Positions 1-10,099 of a stretch of DNA of 32,000 nt are shown here, one piece after another. Below the pieces are notes generated by a model. That model was not told the origin of the DNA. It did not search any database and saw only the letters and a program-made list of their open reading frames with translations. Positions within the stretch are counted from its first letter, which is position 1. The number at the start of each line of letters is the position of its first letter. The stretch is taken from NCBI GenBank assembly GCA_963716945.1, contig OY970322.1, forward strand, positions 210,001-242,000, given 5' to 3'. The position numbers were made by a program, and so were the translations under genes. The DNA comes from Candidatus Saccharimonadota bacterium (lineage in GTDB: Bacteria > Patescibacteriota > Saccharimonadia > Saccharimonadales > UBA4665).

Positions 1-1
1 C

Positions 2-751
2 AGTCTGCGGACCAGGCTGTCGTTCGAAGTCGGCATGACCCAGCTTGGCGGCCACGCTGTTTACCTGGCACCCGAGGACATCAAGCTCGGCGTACGTGAA
101 ACCGTCCACGACACGGCGATTGTCATCGGCAGCATGGCCGACGTAATCATGGCCCGGGTTTCCAGCCATGAGGCGGTACAAGAGCTGGCCGAGTACTCCA
201 AGGTACCGGTCATCAACGGCATGACCGACCTGGAGCACCCGTGCCAGGTACTGGCCGACCTGCAAACTATCTATGAGCGGTTCGGCACTTTCGAAGGCAT
301 TAGGATGGCTTATTTAGGCGATGCTGACAACAATGTCACTAATTCGCTGGCCCTGGCGGCCGGCCTGCTGGGCATGGAAATGAGTATTGCCGCCCCCAAA
401 GGCTACGAACTTTCGCCGGACATCGCCGCTAGAGCCGGCCGGTTGTCGCAATTTGATAATCCACAGGCGGCCGTCAAAGGGGCCCAGGTAGTCGTGACCG
501 ACACTTGGGTCAGCATGGGCAAAGAGACCGAACGCGCCGAACGGCTTAAAGACCTGTCGCCGTTCCAGGTTAATCAGGAACTGATGGCTCTGGCCGACAA
601 AAAAGCTATCTTCATGCACTGCCTGCCGGCTTACCGCGGCAAAGAAATGACCGCCGAAGTCATTGACGGTCCCCAGTCGGCCGTGTTCGCCGAAGCCGAA
701 AACCGCATGCATGCCGAAAAGGCCTTGCTGCTGTACGTGCTGGCCCCCTAA
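2..751 (+). CDS. argF: ornithine carbamoyltransferase (5' end outside window)
   Basis: The frame is open from base 2 (SLRTRLSFEVGMTQLGGH). It carries the HPCQVLADL and FMHCLPA motifs typical of OTCases and sits in an arg/car gene context. Confidence 0.9.
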   Translation, partial: SLRTRLSFEVGMTQLGGHAVYLAPEDIKLGVRETVHDTAIVIGSMADVIMARVSSHEAVQELAEYSKVPVINGMTDLEHPCQVLADLQTIYERFGTFEGIRMAYLGDADNNVTNSLALAAGLLGMEMSIAAPKGYELSPDIAARAGRLSQFDNPQAAVKGAQVVVTDTWVSMGKETERAERLKDLSPFQVNQELMALADKKAIFMHCLPAYRGKEMTAEVIDGPQSAVFAEAENRMHAEKALLLYVLAP

Positions 752-764
752 TAGGTTCTGGTTC

Positions 765-3700
765 CTAATGTGCTTGCAGGCGTCTGACGGTCTGCCGTTT
801 GCGCCGGAATTCGCGCACGGCTTCCACGATGGACTGGCTGGCCGGCAGGGTGGTGACTATCGAAACGTGGCCCTCCAAGGCGGCTTTTCGGGTTTCGTAG
901 CCGTCCGAGCGGGCGGCCGTCGTGGAATTGGGGATATTAATGATGAGGCCTACCGGGTTGTGCTTGATGAACTGGACGATATTATGCTTTTTGTCCTGGC
1001 TGACTTTGGCGATTGTCCGGCCGGTAGGTACGCCATTGCTTGCTAAAAACGAGGCCGTGCCCTTGGTAGCGACCAGCTCAAAACCCAGTGCCGACAGGTC
1101 TTTGGCTATCGGTAGGATGGACTGTTTGGCGTAATCGGCCACGCTGATGACGATGGTACCGCTGTCCGGGATCGTCAAGCCGCTGGCGGTTTCGGCTTTG
1201 GCGAACGCTTCGGCGAAGTTTTCGCCCAGCCCCATGACCTCGCCGGTGCTTTTCATCTCCGGGCCGAGAACTATGTCGACGTTGCTGAAACGACTGAAGG
1301 CGAAGACCGACTCTTTGACTGCAACCAGACCGTCCAAGTGGCCGGCCGGCCGGATGAGTCCCTGCTTGTCGGTCTTGAAGCCGTAGGCTTTAGCCAATGC
1401 CGTTAAGGATTCGCCGAGCATGACGCGGGTGGCGATTTTGGCAATCGGCACGCCTATGGCCTTGGCCACGAAAGGTACCGTCCGGCTGGCCCGCGGGTTA
1501 GCTTCGATAACGAAAACCTGGCCGTCCTTGATAACGAACTGCATATTTATCAAACCGATTACTTTTAATTCTTCGGCGATGGCCGAGGCGTATTGTATGA
1601 GCGTGGTGATGGTTTCCGGCGATAAGTTTTGCGTCGGCAGGGCGCAGGCGCTGTCGCCGCTGTGGACGCCGGCCCGTTCGACATGTTCCATGATGCCGGC
1701 GATCACGACCCGGCCGCCGCGGTCACGCAAGGCGTCGAGGTCGACTTCGGTGGCATCTTCCAGAAAATGATCCAGCAAGACCGGGCGCTCGGTGCTCAGG
1801 CCGCCCTCTTTGGCCAGCGCGCCGCCGTCCGCCAGCTCCTGGAAAGCCGACTTCAGGCCCGGCTCGTCATGGACGATGCGCATCGCCCGGCCGCCTAACA
1901 CGTAGCTGGGGCGGAGCAGGACCGGATAGCCGGCCCGGCGGGCCGTTTTGATCGCCTTGTCGAGCGTGGTTGCCGTACCGCCGGGGGGCTGAGGTATCGA
2001 TAACTTTTGGCATAGCTTATTCCAGGCGTCGCGGTCCTCGGCCCGGTCGATGCTGGCCGGACTGGTGCCGAGGACCAAGTCTGCGGGCAAGTCGTTGGCC
2101 AGTTTCAGGGGCGTCTGGCCGCCCAGGCTGACGATGATGCCGTCCGGTTTCTCGACGGCCACGACGTTCATGACGTCCTCCAGCGTAATCGGCTCGAAGT
2201 ATAGTTTGTCGCTGGTATCATAGTCGGTGCTGACGGTTTCGGGATTGCAGTTGTACATGATGCTTTCGACGCCGGCCTCCTTGAGGGCGAAGCTGGCGTG
2301 TACGCAGGTGTAGTCGAATTCAATGCCTTGGCCGATGCGGTTCGGGCCGCTGCCCAGGATCATGACTTTTTTGCGGTTGCTCCGGCTAACTTCGGTTTCG
2401 TCTTCCCACGTCGAATAGCAATAAGGCGTATTGGCCTCAAACTCGGCGGCGCAGGTGTCGACGGTCTTATAAACCGGCTCGATTCTTAAGGCCCGGCGGC
2501 GGGCGGCTACTTTTGCCGTGGTCGTGCCGGCCAGGTAAGCCAGCTGCGAGTCGGAGAAGCCGAGTTGTTTCATCTGCCTGAGTTCACGCGCCTCGATAGT
2601 CCTGAGGTTTAGGCCAGAGAAACGCGACCGGGCGGCCGAGATGCGGTTGATTTGATGCAAGAACCAGGGGTCGTAGCCGCATAGTTTAGCCAGTTTTTCG
2701 GGCTTCTGGCCGCGCCTTAAGAGTGACTCGACCTGGAATAGCCTGTCCGGTGTCGGCATAGTGATGGCTTTTAGTAGCTTAGCGGTCGGAAGCTTATCGA
2801 CGCCGGTCTCCTTGGCATCGGCGTTCAGGCCGGCCCGGCCGAGCTCCAGGCTCCGGACGGCCTTCTGCAGGCTCTCCGGAAAAGTCCGGCCGATCGCCAT
2901 GACCTCGCCAATTGACTGCATCTGGGCGCCCAGTATGCCGGGCGTGCCGGGGAACTTCTCGAATGCCCAGCGCGGAATCTTGGTTACGACATAGTCGATA
3001 ACCGGCTCGAAACTGGCCGGCGTTTTCTTAGTGATGTCGTTAGGGATTTCATCCAGCGAGTAACCGACGGCCAGCAGGGCGGCGATCTTGGCGATCGGGA
3101 AGCCGGTGGCCTTGCTGGCCAAGGCCGAACTGCGGCTGACGCGCGGGTTCATCTCGATGATTATTTGTTCGCCGGTCTTGGGGTTAACGGCGAACTGGAC
3201 GTTGCTGCCGCCGGTTTCGACGCCGACCCGCCGCAGGCAGGCGAACGCCGAGTCGCGCATCTGCTGGTATTCGACATCGGTCAAGGTCTGGGCCGGCGCG
3301 ACGGTAATCGAATCGCCGGTGTGTACGCCCATGGCGTCGACGTTTTCGATCGAGCAGATGATAACGCAGTTATCCTTGCGGTCGCGCATGACCTCGAGCT
3401 CGAATTCTTTCCAGCCTTTGATGCTTTTTTCGACCAGGATCTCGTCGATCGGGCTGGCATCGATGCCGTCGGCGGCTAAGCGGTCAAACTCTTCCTCGGT
3501 TTCGGCGATGCCGGTGCCCTTGCCGCCCAGGATGTAGGCCGGCCGGATAATGACCGGCAAACCGATTTTTTTCATTATCTTGCGGGCGTCCTTAAGGTTA
3601 TGGGCGGTTCCGGAAACTGCCGTATTAAGCCCGATTTCATCCATGGCGTCTTTGAATTGCTGCCGGTCTTCGGCGGTCGCGATGGCTTGCGGGCTGGCGC

Positions 3701-4049
3701 CGATAAGCTTGATGTTGTGCTTCTTCAAGATGCCTTGCTCATGCAGCTCCATCGCCAGGTTAAGCGCGGTCTGTCCCCCCAGCGTCGGCAGGATCACGTC
3801 CGGCCGTTCCTTGATGATTATTTGTTCCAGAACCTCGGCCGTTAGCGGTTCGACATAGGTGCTGTCGGCGAAATCGGGGTCGGTCATGATGGTGGCCGGA
3901 TTGGAGTTGGCTAGGATAATCCGGTAACCTTCGGCCCGCAATACCCGGCAGGCCTGGGTACCGGAATAGTCGAATTCGCAGGCCTGCCCGACGACAATCG
4001 GGCCGCTGCCGATGATAAGGATGCTCTTGATGTCGGTGCGTTTCGGCAT
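765..4049 (-). CDS. carB: carbamoyl-phosphate synthase large subunit
   Basis: 1094 aa with duplicated ATP-grasp halves ([34 protein letters not shown] and [36 protein letters not shown]). Its start is interlocked with the carA stop. Confidence 0.97.
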   Translation of the reverse strand: MPKRTDIKSILIIGSGPIVVGQACEFDYSGTQACRVLRAEGYRIILANSNPATIMTDPDFADSTYVEPLTAEVLEQIIIKERPDVILPTLGGQTALNLAMELHEQGILKKHNIKLIGASPQAIATAEDRQQFKDAMDEIGLNTAVSGTAHNLKDARKIMKKIGLPVIIRPAYILGGKGTGIAETEEEFDRLAADGIDASPIDEILVEKSIKGWKEFELEVMRDRKDNCVIICSIENVDAMGVHTGDSITVAPAQTLTDVEYQQMRDSAFACLRRVGVETGGSNVQFAVNPKTGEQIIIEMNPRVSRSSALASKATGFPIAKIAALLAVGYSLDEIPNDITKKTPASFEPVIDYVVTKIPRWAFEKFPGTPGILGAQMQSIGEVMAIGRTFPESLQKAVRSLELGRAGLNADAKETGVDKLPTAKLLKAITMPTPDRLFQVESLLRRGQKPEKLAKLCGYDPWFLHQINRISAARSRFSGLNLRTIEARELRQMKQLGFSDSQLAYLAGTTTAKVAARRRALRIEPVYKTVDTCAAEFEANTPYCYSTWEDETEVSRSNRKKVMILGSGPNRIGQGIEFDYTCVHASFALKEAGVESIMYNCNPETVSTDYDTSDKLYFEPITLEDVMNVVAVEKPDGIIVSLGGQTPLKLANDLPADLVLGTSPASIDRAEDRDAWNKLCQKLSIPQPPGGTATTLDKAIKTARRAGYPVLLRPSYVLGGRAMRIVHDEPGLKSAFQELADGGALAKEGGLSTERPVLLDHFLEDATEVDLDALRDRGGRVVIAGIMEHVERAGVHSGDSACALPTQNLSPETITTLIQYASAIAEELKVIGLINMQFVIKDGQVFVIEANPRASRTVPFVAKAIGVPIAKIATRVMLGESLTALAKAYGFKTDKQGLIRPAGHLDGLVAVKESVFAFSRFSNVDIVLGPEMKSTGEVMGLGENFAEAFAKAETASGLTIPDSGTIVISVADYAKQSILPIAKDLSALGFELVATKGTASFLASNGVPTGRTIAKVSQDKKHNIVQFIKHNPVGLIINIPNSTTAARSDGYETRKAALEGHVSIVTTLPASQSIVEAVREFRRKRQTVRRLQAH

Positions 4050-5116
4050 TAGCGGTGTGCCTCCATCATGGCTTTGAAGCGGTCAAACAGGTAGCCGGCA
4101 TCGTGCGGCCCCGGTCCGGCCTCGGGGTGGTATTGGACGCTGAAGGCGGGGTAGCGGGTGCTTTTGATGCCCTCGATGACACCGTCGTTGAGGTTGCGGT
4201 GGGTAACGACCGCGTCCCGCAGGCTGCTTTCGACGACGGTGAAGTTATGGTTCTGGCTGGTGATTTCGACCTTGCCGTTATCCAAGTCCTGGACCGGATG
4301 GTTGGCGCCGTGGTGGCCGAACGGCATCTTTTCGGTTTTGGCGCCAAGCGCCGTGGCCAGCAGTTGATGGCCGAGGCAGATACCGAAAACCGGCACCGTG
4401 CCCAGCATTTGCCTGACGGTCTCGACGCCGTAATCTATTATTTCGGGGTCGCCGGGGCCGTTGCTCAAGAAAAGCCCGTCGGGCCGGGTGGCTAGGATTT
4501 GTTGTTTCGTGGCACTGGCCGGCAGGATTGTCACGGTCGCGAACTTGGCCAGATGGTCGAGGATCGAGGTTTTGATGCCGAAATCGAGGGCAGTAATCCG
4601 GAACTTGCCCGAACCTCGTTTATAAGGTCTGGCGGCGGAAACCGTTTTGACGAGATCCACGCCGCCGGTACCGGGCTCCTTCTTGGCGGCAGCCAGCAGC
4701 ACTTTTACGGGAGCGGTGCCGAAAGCCCCCGGCAACGAGCCGTATTGCCTGATGTGGCGGGTCAGTTTGCGGGTGTCGAGGCCGCTGATGGCGCTGATAC
4801 CGGCGGCTTCCAGCCACTGTGCGAGTGATTGGCCGGCCCGGTAGTTGCTATAGTGCTCGTCATAATCACGCACGATCAGACCGCGGGCAAAGATGCCGCA
4901 GCTTTCGTTATCCGCCTGGTTAACGCCGTAGTTGCCGATGTGCGGATTGGTAAAGCTTATAATCTGGCCGGCATAGCTGGGGTCGGACAGAATTTCCTGA
5001 TAACCGCTGAGGGCCGTATTGAACACCACTTCGCCGCTGCTGACGGGCTTCTCAGCGCCGAAAATCTGACCCTCAAAAACCGTGCCATCCTTTAATACCA
5101 AAGCCCCGGGTGTCAT
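4049..5116 (-). CDS. carA: carbamoyl-phosphate synthase small (glutaminase) subunit
   Basis: GATase-1 motifs are present (GICLGHQLL catalytic Cys, [13 protein letters not shown]). I chose the start at Met29 of the ORF-track call ([11 protein letters not shown]), because the longer form would overlap the argC start and the divergent promoter. Confidence 0.93.
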   Translation of the reverse strand: MTPGALVLKDGTVFEGQIFGAEKPVSSGEVVFNTALSGYQEILSDPSYAGQIISFTNPHIGNYGVNQADNESCGIFARGLIVRDYDEHYSNYRAGQSLAQWLEAAGISAISGLDTRKLTRHIRQYGSLPGAFGTAPVKVLLAAAKKEPGTGGVDLVKTVSAARPYKRGSGKFRITALDFGIKTSILDHLAKFATVTILPASATKQQILATRPDGLFLSNGPGDPEIIDYGVETVRQMLGTVPVFGICLGHQLLATALGAKTEKMPFGHHGANHPVQDLDNGKVEITSQNHNFTVVESSLRDAVVTHRNLNDGVIEGIKSTRYPAFSVQYHPEAGPGPHDAGYLFDRFKAMMEAHR

Positions 5117-5125
5117 TAAAGGCTC

Positions 5126-5131
5126 ATTGTA
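5126..5131 (-). promoter_or_regulatory. -10-like hexamer TACAAT, 9 nt upstream of the revised carA ATG
   Basis: Minus strand reads agtTACAATgagccttta-ATG. No SD is visible. Confidence 0.35.
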
Positions 5132-5173
5132 ACTGTGTTTTTCAGCCCCCGCAAGGTGTAAGCGCCCGGCTTC

Positions 5174-5182
5174 TGGTATAAT
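5174..5182 (+). promoter_or_regulatory. extended -10 (TGGTATAAT), 8 nt upstream of the argC ATG; putative leaderless promoter
   Basis: Sequence is TGGTATAAT-taatagag-ATG with no SD between. Confidence 0.55.
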
Positions 5183-5190
5183 TAATAGAG

Positions 5191-6213
5191 ATGGAGACAA
5201 AAAATATCAAAGTCGGAATCGTCGGCGTATCCGGCTATTCCGGCCGCGAGCTGCTCAGGTTTTTGCTTGACCACCCCCGGGCCGACGTAGTCTACGTATC
5301 GGCAAACACCACGGTTGGCAAGGTCGCCGATCTGTGGCCGGAGTTTGCCGGCCGGACGGAACTGGTCTGCGAGCCTTACCAAGTTGACGAAGCCGCCAAG
5401 GCCGACCTGGTTTTCCTGGCCACGCCCCACACTGTCAGCATGCGCCTGGCGCCCGAGCTGATAGACCGCGGCCTCAAGGTCATAGACATCAGCGGCGACT
5501 TCCGCCTGTCATCGCCCGAAGAATACGCCAAGTGGTATAAGGCCGATAAGCATGCCGCGCCGCACCTGTTGCCGGACGCGGTTTACGGCTTGCCGGAGAT
5601 TTATAGCGACCGGATTAAGGGCGCCAACCTGGTCGCCAACCCCGGCTGTTACCCGACCGTCAGCATCTTGGCGGTGGCGCCGTTGGCCCAACTTGGTATA
5701 ACCAGCGTCCATATCGACGCCAAATCGGGGGTCAGCGGTGCCGGCATCGCCCACACCGAACGGCTGATGGCCGAGATGAAAGACAATTTCCGGGCCTACA
5801 AAGTCCTGGCCCACCAGCACAGCCCGGAAATCGTCGAACAGCTTTCGCTGCTGGCCGGCCGGCCCTTGCCGATTGCTTTCGTGCCTCACCTGTTGCCGTT
5901 AGAGCGCGGAATTTTCGCGACGGTTTATGTCAGCTTGCGCGAGCCTTTGGAGCCGGCGGCGGCCCAGCGCCTATTCGAGGATTTCTACGGCCAGGCCGCT
6001 TTCGTAGAAGTCGTGCCCGAAACCGAAGAGCTTGAGCTCAAAACCGTCGTCGGCACCAACAAAATGCAAATTCATGTCGCCGCCGCGCCCGACCAAAACC
6101 TACTGGTCGTCACGGCCACAATCGATAATTTAATCAAGGGTGCTTCCGGCCAGGCCATCCAGAATTTCAACCTGATCTATGGTTTTGACGACAAGACGGG
6201 GCTCGGCTCATGA
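5191..6213 (+). CDS. argC: N-acetyl-gamma-glutamyl-phosphate reductase
   Basis: Has VGIVGVSGYSGRELLRFL (Rossmann) and the NPGCYPT catalytic Cys motif. There is a 4-nt ATGA overlap with argJ. Confidence 0.95.
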   Translation: METKNIKVGIVGVSGYSGRELLRFLLDHPRADVVYVSANTTVGKVADLWPEFAGRTELVCEPYQVDEAAKADLVFLATPHTVSMRLAPELIDRGLKVIDISGDFRLSSPEEYAKWYKADKHAAPHLLPDAVYGLPEIYSDRIKGANLVANPGCYPTVSILAVAPLAQLGITSVHIDAKSGVSGAGIAHTERLMAEMKDNFRAYKVLAHQHSPEIVEQLSLLAGRPLPIAFVPHLLPLERGIFATVYVSLREPLEPAAAQRLFEDFYGQAAFVEVVPETEELELKTVVGTNKMQIHVAAAPDQNLLVVTATIDNLIKGASGQAIQNFNLIYGFDDKTGLGS

Positions 6214-7355
6214 CTAAGACCGACGGCGGCATCCTGGCCGCCAAGGGCTTCAAGGCCGGCAGCGCCGAGGCGGGGATTAAAGCCGCCGGCGGCCTGGACC
6301 TGGGTATTATATGGTGCGAAACGCCGGCGGCAACGGCCGCGATTTTCACCCAAAACAGCGTTCTCGCCGCGCCGGTCCAGCTCAGCCGGCCGCGCGCCAA
6401 GAACGGCGACGCCCAAGCCATAGTCGTCAACAGCGGCAACGCCAACTGCATGACCGGCGAAACCGGCAAGCAGCACGCCGGACAGATGACCCGCGACACG
6501 GCTAAATTACTCGGTATCGACGAAGCCAAGGTTCTGGTGGCTTCGACCGGCATAATCGGCAAACCGCTGCCGATAGATAACGTTCTAAACGGTATCGGGG
6601 CCGCTTTCGCCCAAGCCGCCTCGTCGGCACAGGCCGCGGCCGACTTCGCCCAGGCCATCACCACGACCGACACGGTTACCAAAACCGTCGCTTACGAATG
6701 TGAAATCGGCGGCCAGACAGTAACCGTCGGCGGCTGCGCCAAGGGCTCGGGCATGATGCAGCCGAACATGGCCACCATGCTGGCCTTCCTGACTACCGAT
6801 GCCGCCATAGCGCCCGGGCTGCTCGACCAAGCGCTCCGCGAGGCTGCCCGGACCACCTTCAATTCAATTACCGTCGACGGCATGACCAGCACGAACGACA
6901 TGCTGGCGATTATGGCCAGCGGCCAAGCCGGCAACGCAGCTATCAATGCAGAGAACGAGGCCTATAACACTTTCCTAGAAACGCTCCGGCAAGCCTGCCT
7001 GGACCTGGCGCTAATGATTGTCCGCGACGGTGAGGGCGCGACCGTGCTGGTCAAAGTCAACGTCAAAGGTGCCGCCGATTACGAACAGGCCAAGGCCATC
7101 GCTTACGAAGTCGCCAATTCGCCGCTGGTCAAAACCGCTGCCCACGGCCGGACCGGCAATTGGGGCCGCATCGCCCAGGCTATCGGCAAACTCGGCTTGC
7201 CGATCACCGAGGAGTCGCTTGAGATAGAGGCCGATAGCCCCTCGGACGACCAGCTTGACCTGACAATTACTACCAAGCTCGGATCGGCCGACGCCACCGT
7301 CTATACCTGCGATTTCAGCAAGGACTACATCGACATCAACGTCGCCTACAATTAA
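6210..7355 (+). CDS. argJ: bifunctional ornithine acetyltransferase / N-acetylglutamate synthase
   Basis: Has GCAKGSGMMQPNMATMLAFLTTDA, including the conserved autoproteolytic A|TML site. Confidence 0.95.
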   Translation: MTKTDGGILAAKGFKAGSAEAGIKAAGGLDLGIIWCETPAATAAIFTQNSVLAAPVQLSRPRAKNGDAQAIVVNSGNANCMTGETGKQHAGQMTRDTAKLLGIDEAKVLVASTGIIGKPLPIDNVLNGIGAAFAQAASSAQAAADFAQAITTTDTVTKTVAYECEIGGQTVTVGGCAKGSGMMQPNMATMLAFLTTDAAIAPGLLDQALREAARTTFNSITVDGMTSTNDMLAIMASGQAGNAAINAENEAYNTFLETLRQACLDLALMIVRDGEGATVLVKVNVKGAADYEQAKAIAYEVANSPLVKTAAHGRTGNWGRIAQAIGKLGLPITEESLEIEADSPSDDQLDLTITTKLGSADATVYTCDFSKDYIDINVAYN

Positions 7356-7591
7356 GCACCGCCTTAAAGGGCCGGGCCAATCGGGTATACGCCGGGCCTG
7401 GACCGGCCGTTTTCAAGCACCCCCATAAGAACAGTATGAAAGCTATATGGAAACATATGTTTTGGTAATGTTTTGACACTGTTCCCGTACAGGCCTTGCG
7501 GAGCGCCAATAGAAGATAAGTCACAAGCATCTAAGACGGCCGCATGAACCGAGCTACGGCCCAGGCCGCCTGGAATACCCCCGCCGCCGTC

Positions 7592-7600
7592 TGTTAGAAT
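7592..7600 (+). promoter_or_regulatory. extended -10 (TGTTAGAAT), 7 nt upstream of the argD ATG; putative leaderless promoter
   Basis: Sequence is TGTTAGAAT-agaacga-ATG with no SD. Confidence 0.55.
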
Positions 7601-7607
7601 AGAACGA

Positions 7608-8777
7608 ATGACGCCGCAAGAATTTGACCAGTACGTTCTGCCAGCATACCAACGTTTCCCGATTACCATTGTCCGCGCTGAAGGCAGCTATATATATGAC
7701 AGCGAAGGCAAGCAATACCTGGACTTTCTCTCCGGCTGGGGGGTCTCCAATCTCGGCCACCGCCCGCCGGCCGTAGTCCAAGCCATCGAAAAGCAGGTCA
7801 AAGAGCTGATTCACGTTCCCAATGTTTTCTATACCGAGCAGCAGGGCCGGCTGGCCAAAATGCTGGTCGAAAACAGTATCGAAGGCAAGGTCTTCTTCGG
7901 CAACAGCGGTGCCGAAGCCAACGAAGCCGCCATCAAGTTCGCCAAACTCTACGGCCGGGGCCAAAGGCACAAGATAATTACCGCCGAACGGTCTTTTCAC
8001 GGCCGGACCTCGGCTACGATGGCGGCGACCGGGCAGACCAAAATCAAAACCGGGTTCGAACCGCACTTGCCCGGTTTCGTCCACGTGCCGCTCAACGATA
8101 CCCAAGCTCTGGTTAACGCCATAGACGCCCAGACGGTAGCCATAATGCTGGAGCTGGTCCAAGGCGAGGGCGGTATCAATATAGCCACGCCTCAATACCT
8201 GGCGGAGGTCAAGCGCGTTTGCCGTGAAAACGACCTCCTGCTAATTGTCGACGAAGTTCAATCGGGCATGGGCCGGACCGGACCCTTATTCGCTTACCAG
8301 AACCATGACCTGGAGCCTGATATCATAACCGTTGCCAAGGCGCTGGCCAGCGGCTTGCCGATCGGCGTTGCCATCGCCGGCAGCAGGGTCGCCGAACTCG
8401 TCAAGCCGGGTATGCACGGCAGCACTTTCGGCGGCGGAGCGCTGGTTTCGGCGGCGGCGATAGCGACTCTGGAGGTTATTCTGAAGCCTGAGACCGCCGA
8501 GAACGTAAAAGCGCTGACAGCCTTGCTGGCCGGCAAGCTTTCTGACCTGGCGGCCAAGCACGGCTGCATTACCGAACTGCGCCAGCAGGGCCTGATGATC
8601 GGCTTGGAGCTGGACCGCGATTCAGGTCCCGCCGCCGAGGCCTGTTTGCAGAAGGGGCTGTTTGTCAACAGCACCCAAGGCAACGTAATCCGGCTGCTGC
8701 CGCCGCTTAACGCTACCGCCGAAGAAGTCGAAACGGCGGTTGCCATATTGGATGAGGTGCTTCAAGCGCAAACATGA
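7608..8777 (+). CDS. argD: acetylornithine aminotransferase (class III PLP)
   Basis: Has GNSGAEANEAAIKFAK, DEVQSGMGRTG and the TVAKALASGLPIG PLP-lysine region. It overlaps argB by 4 nt. Confidence 0.93.
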   Translation: MTPQEFDQYVLPAYQRFPITIVRAEGSYIYDSEGKQYLDFLSGWGVSNLGHRPPAVVQAIEKQVKELIHVPNVFYTEQQGRLAKMLVENSIEGKVFFGNSGAEANEAAIKFAKLYGRGQRHKIITAERSFHGRTSATMAATGQTKIKTGFEPHLPGFVHVPLNDTQALVNAIDAQTVAIMLELVQGEGGINIATPQYLAEVKRVCRENDLLLIVDEVQSGMGRTGPLFAYQNHDLEPDIITVAKALASGLPIGVAIAGSRVAELVKPGMHGSTFGGGALVSAAAIATLEVILKPETAENVKALTALLAGKLSDLAAKHGCITELRQQGLMIGLELDRDSGPAAEACLQKGLFVNSTQGNVIRLLPPLNATAEEVETAVAILDEVLQAQT

Positions 8778-10060
8778 AAATCGCCGACTTACCAGCCAAA
8801 CAAGCCGAGCGCTACCTCAAGGATTTACAAAAATTTGAGGCCCACCGCCAATTACTGATCAAGGTCGGCGGCGGCCTGCTGGAGGACGAAACGGCAGTTC
8901 TGGAACTGTCCGAAGCTCTCGCCGAACTGGCCAGGCATGGCATTCACACGCTGCTTATTCATGGCGGCGGCCCGCAGCTCAGCGAGGCGATGAAGCGCTA
9001 CAAGGTCGATGCCCGGTTCATTGACGGCAAGCGCTACACCGACGAAGCGACGCTCAAACTGGCCAAGTCCGTCTTCGCCGGCCTAACGAACGACCTGGTA
9101 AAAGCGCTCCAGGCCAACGGCATTGACGCCGCGGCCCTGCCCGCCGAAGAGTTGTTCAAAGCCAAGCGTGACCCGGCCCTCGGTTTGGTCGGCACCGAAG
9201 TAACGTCCGTGGCGTCCAAGGCCATCATTGATGCCCTGAGCCGGGCCTCGGTACTGGTCCTGTACCCACTGGCCCGTGATACCGATACCGGTGAAACGCT
9301 TAACGTCAACGCCGACACTATTTTCCGGGCTTTGGCGACCGAGCTACAGCCCCACCGTATGACCAGCCTGAGCCCGACCGGCGGTGTCCTCAAGCTGATT
9401 GACGACACCGACGCCCACGAGATAATCAGCGGCATCGATATCCGCGACATAGAAGGCCTAATCGCCGAAGGCACCGTCAGCGGCGGCATGGCGCTGAAGC
9501 TGCGCGAACTGGCGACCATCCTCAGCCGCCTGGAAACCGGCTCAGCGATTTCGATTACCAAGCCGTCCGAGCTGCTGGCCGAGCTGCTGACCGACCAAGG
9601 CTCGGGCACTTTCGTCGGCAAAGGCCAGAAGATCATTACCACGACCGACATCGGCCCGGTCTTTAACGACTTTTCGGCGCTGATCGAAGAGGCGTTCGGC
9701 AAGGCCCTGCCCGCCGGCTATGATAAGAAACCATTCGAGAAAATCTACTTCACGGCCGACCACCAGGCGTTCGGCGTCGTGACCAGGCTATCAGACGGTA
9801 CGGCCTACCTCGACAAGCTGGCCGTTTCGCCCCAGCTGCAGGGCCGCGGCGTCGGAGAGAGCCTCTGGTATAAAATTACTGCCGACTACCCGGTCATACT
9901 CTGGCGCTCCCACGTCACTAACCGCTATTCGACCTGGTACCACCGGCACGCCGACATTATGAAACGCCATGGCGAATGGATTCTCTTCGGCCGCGGCGTC
10001 GATTTCCCGAAACTCGAAGCTATGACCGAGGAGCTGGCTGCCATTCCGGCCATGCGCTAG
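8774..10060 (+). CDS. argB: acetylglutamate kinase fused to a C-terminal N-acetyltransferase (NAGS/K-type) domain
   Basis: 428 aa. The N-terminal amino-acid-kinase fold has LLIKVGGG and LLIHGGGPQ. The C-terminal ~150 aa has AYLDKLAVSPQLQGRGVGESLW, which resembles the NAT domain of bifunctional NAGS/K enzymes. Confidence 0.85.
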   Translation: MKIADLPAKQAERYLKDLQKFEAHRQLLIKVGGGLLEDETAVLELSEALAELARHGIHTLLIHGGGPQLSEAMKRYKVDARFIDGKRYTDEATLKLAKSVFAGLTNDLVKALQANGIDAAALPAEELFKAKRDPALGLVGTEVTSVASKAIIDALSRASVLVLYPLARDTDTGETLNVNADTIFRALATELQPHRMTSLSPTGGVLKLIDDTDAHEIISGIDIRDIEGLIAEGTVSGGMALKLRELATILSRLETGSAISITKPSELLAELLTDQGSGTFVGKGQKIITTTDIGPVFNDFSALIEEAFGKALPAGYDKKPFEKIYFTADHQAFGVVTRLSDGTAYLDKLAVSPQLQGRGVGESLWYKITADYPVILWRSHVTNRYSTWYHRHADIMKRHGEWILFGRGVDFPKLEAMTEELAAIPAMR

Positions 10061-10083
10061 CTACCCGCCAACCCGGCTTAATC

Positions 10084-10092
10084 TGTTAAACT
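10084..10092 (+). promoter_or_regulatory. extended -10 (TGTTAAACT), 7 nt upstream of the argS ATG; putative leaderless promoter
   Basis: Sequence is TGTTAAACT-aagggca-ATG with no SD. Confidence 0.5.
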
Positions 10093-10099
10093 AAGGGCA

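Noticed and set aside
5117-5190. ArgR/AhrC ARG-box in the carA-argC divergent region
   Set aside because: I found no convincing TGAAT-N4-ATTCA-like dyad. Only the promoter elements were recognisable.
5117-5200. N-terminal 28-codon extension of carA in the ORF track (start at 5200)
   Set aside because: The extension would overlap the argC start codon and its -10 box. Conserved CarA sequence begins at the internal Met ([11 protein letters not shown]).
8053-8062. GGTTCGAACC, reminiscent of a tRNA T-arm
   Set aside because: It lies in frame inside argD (…TGFEPH…), and no acceptor or anticodon stems flank it. I found no tRNA in the window by eye.
314-9702. Numerous 60-220-aa ORFs overlapping argF, carB, carA, argC, argJ, argD and argB in other frames or on the other strand (e.g. 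314-712, 3088-3537, 6167-6682, 7554-8195, 9034-9702)
   Set aside because: All overlap genes with strong family signatures. Their products are Arg/Ala/Gly-rich junk typical of off-frame translation of high-GC coding DNA.
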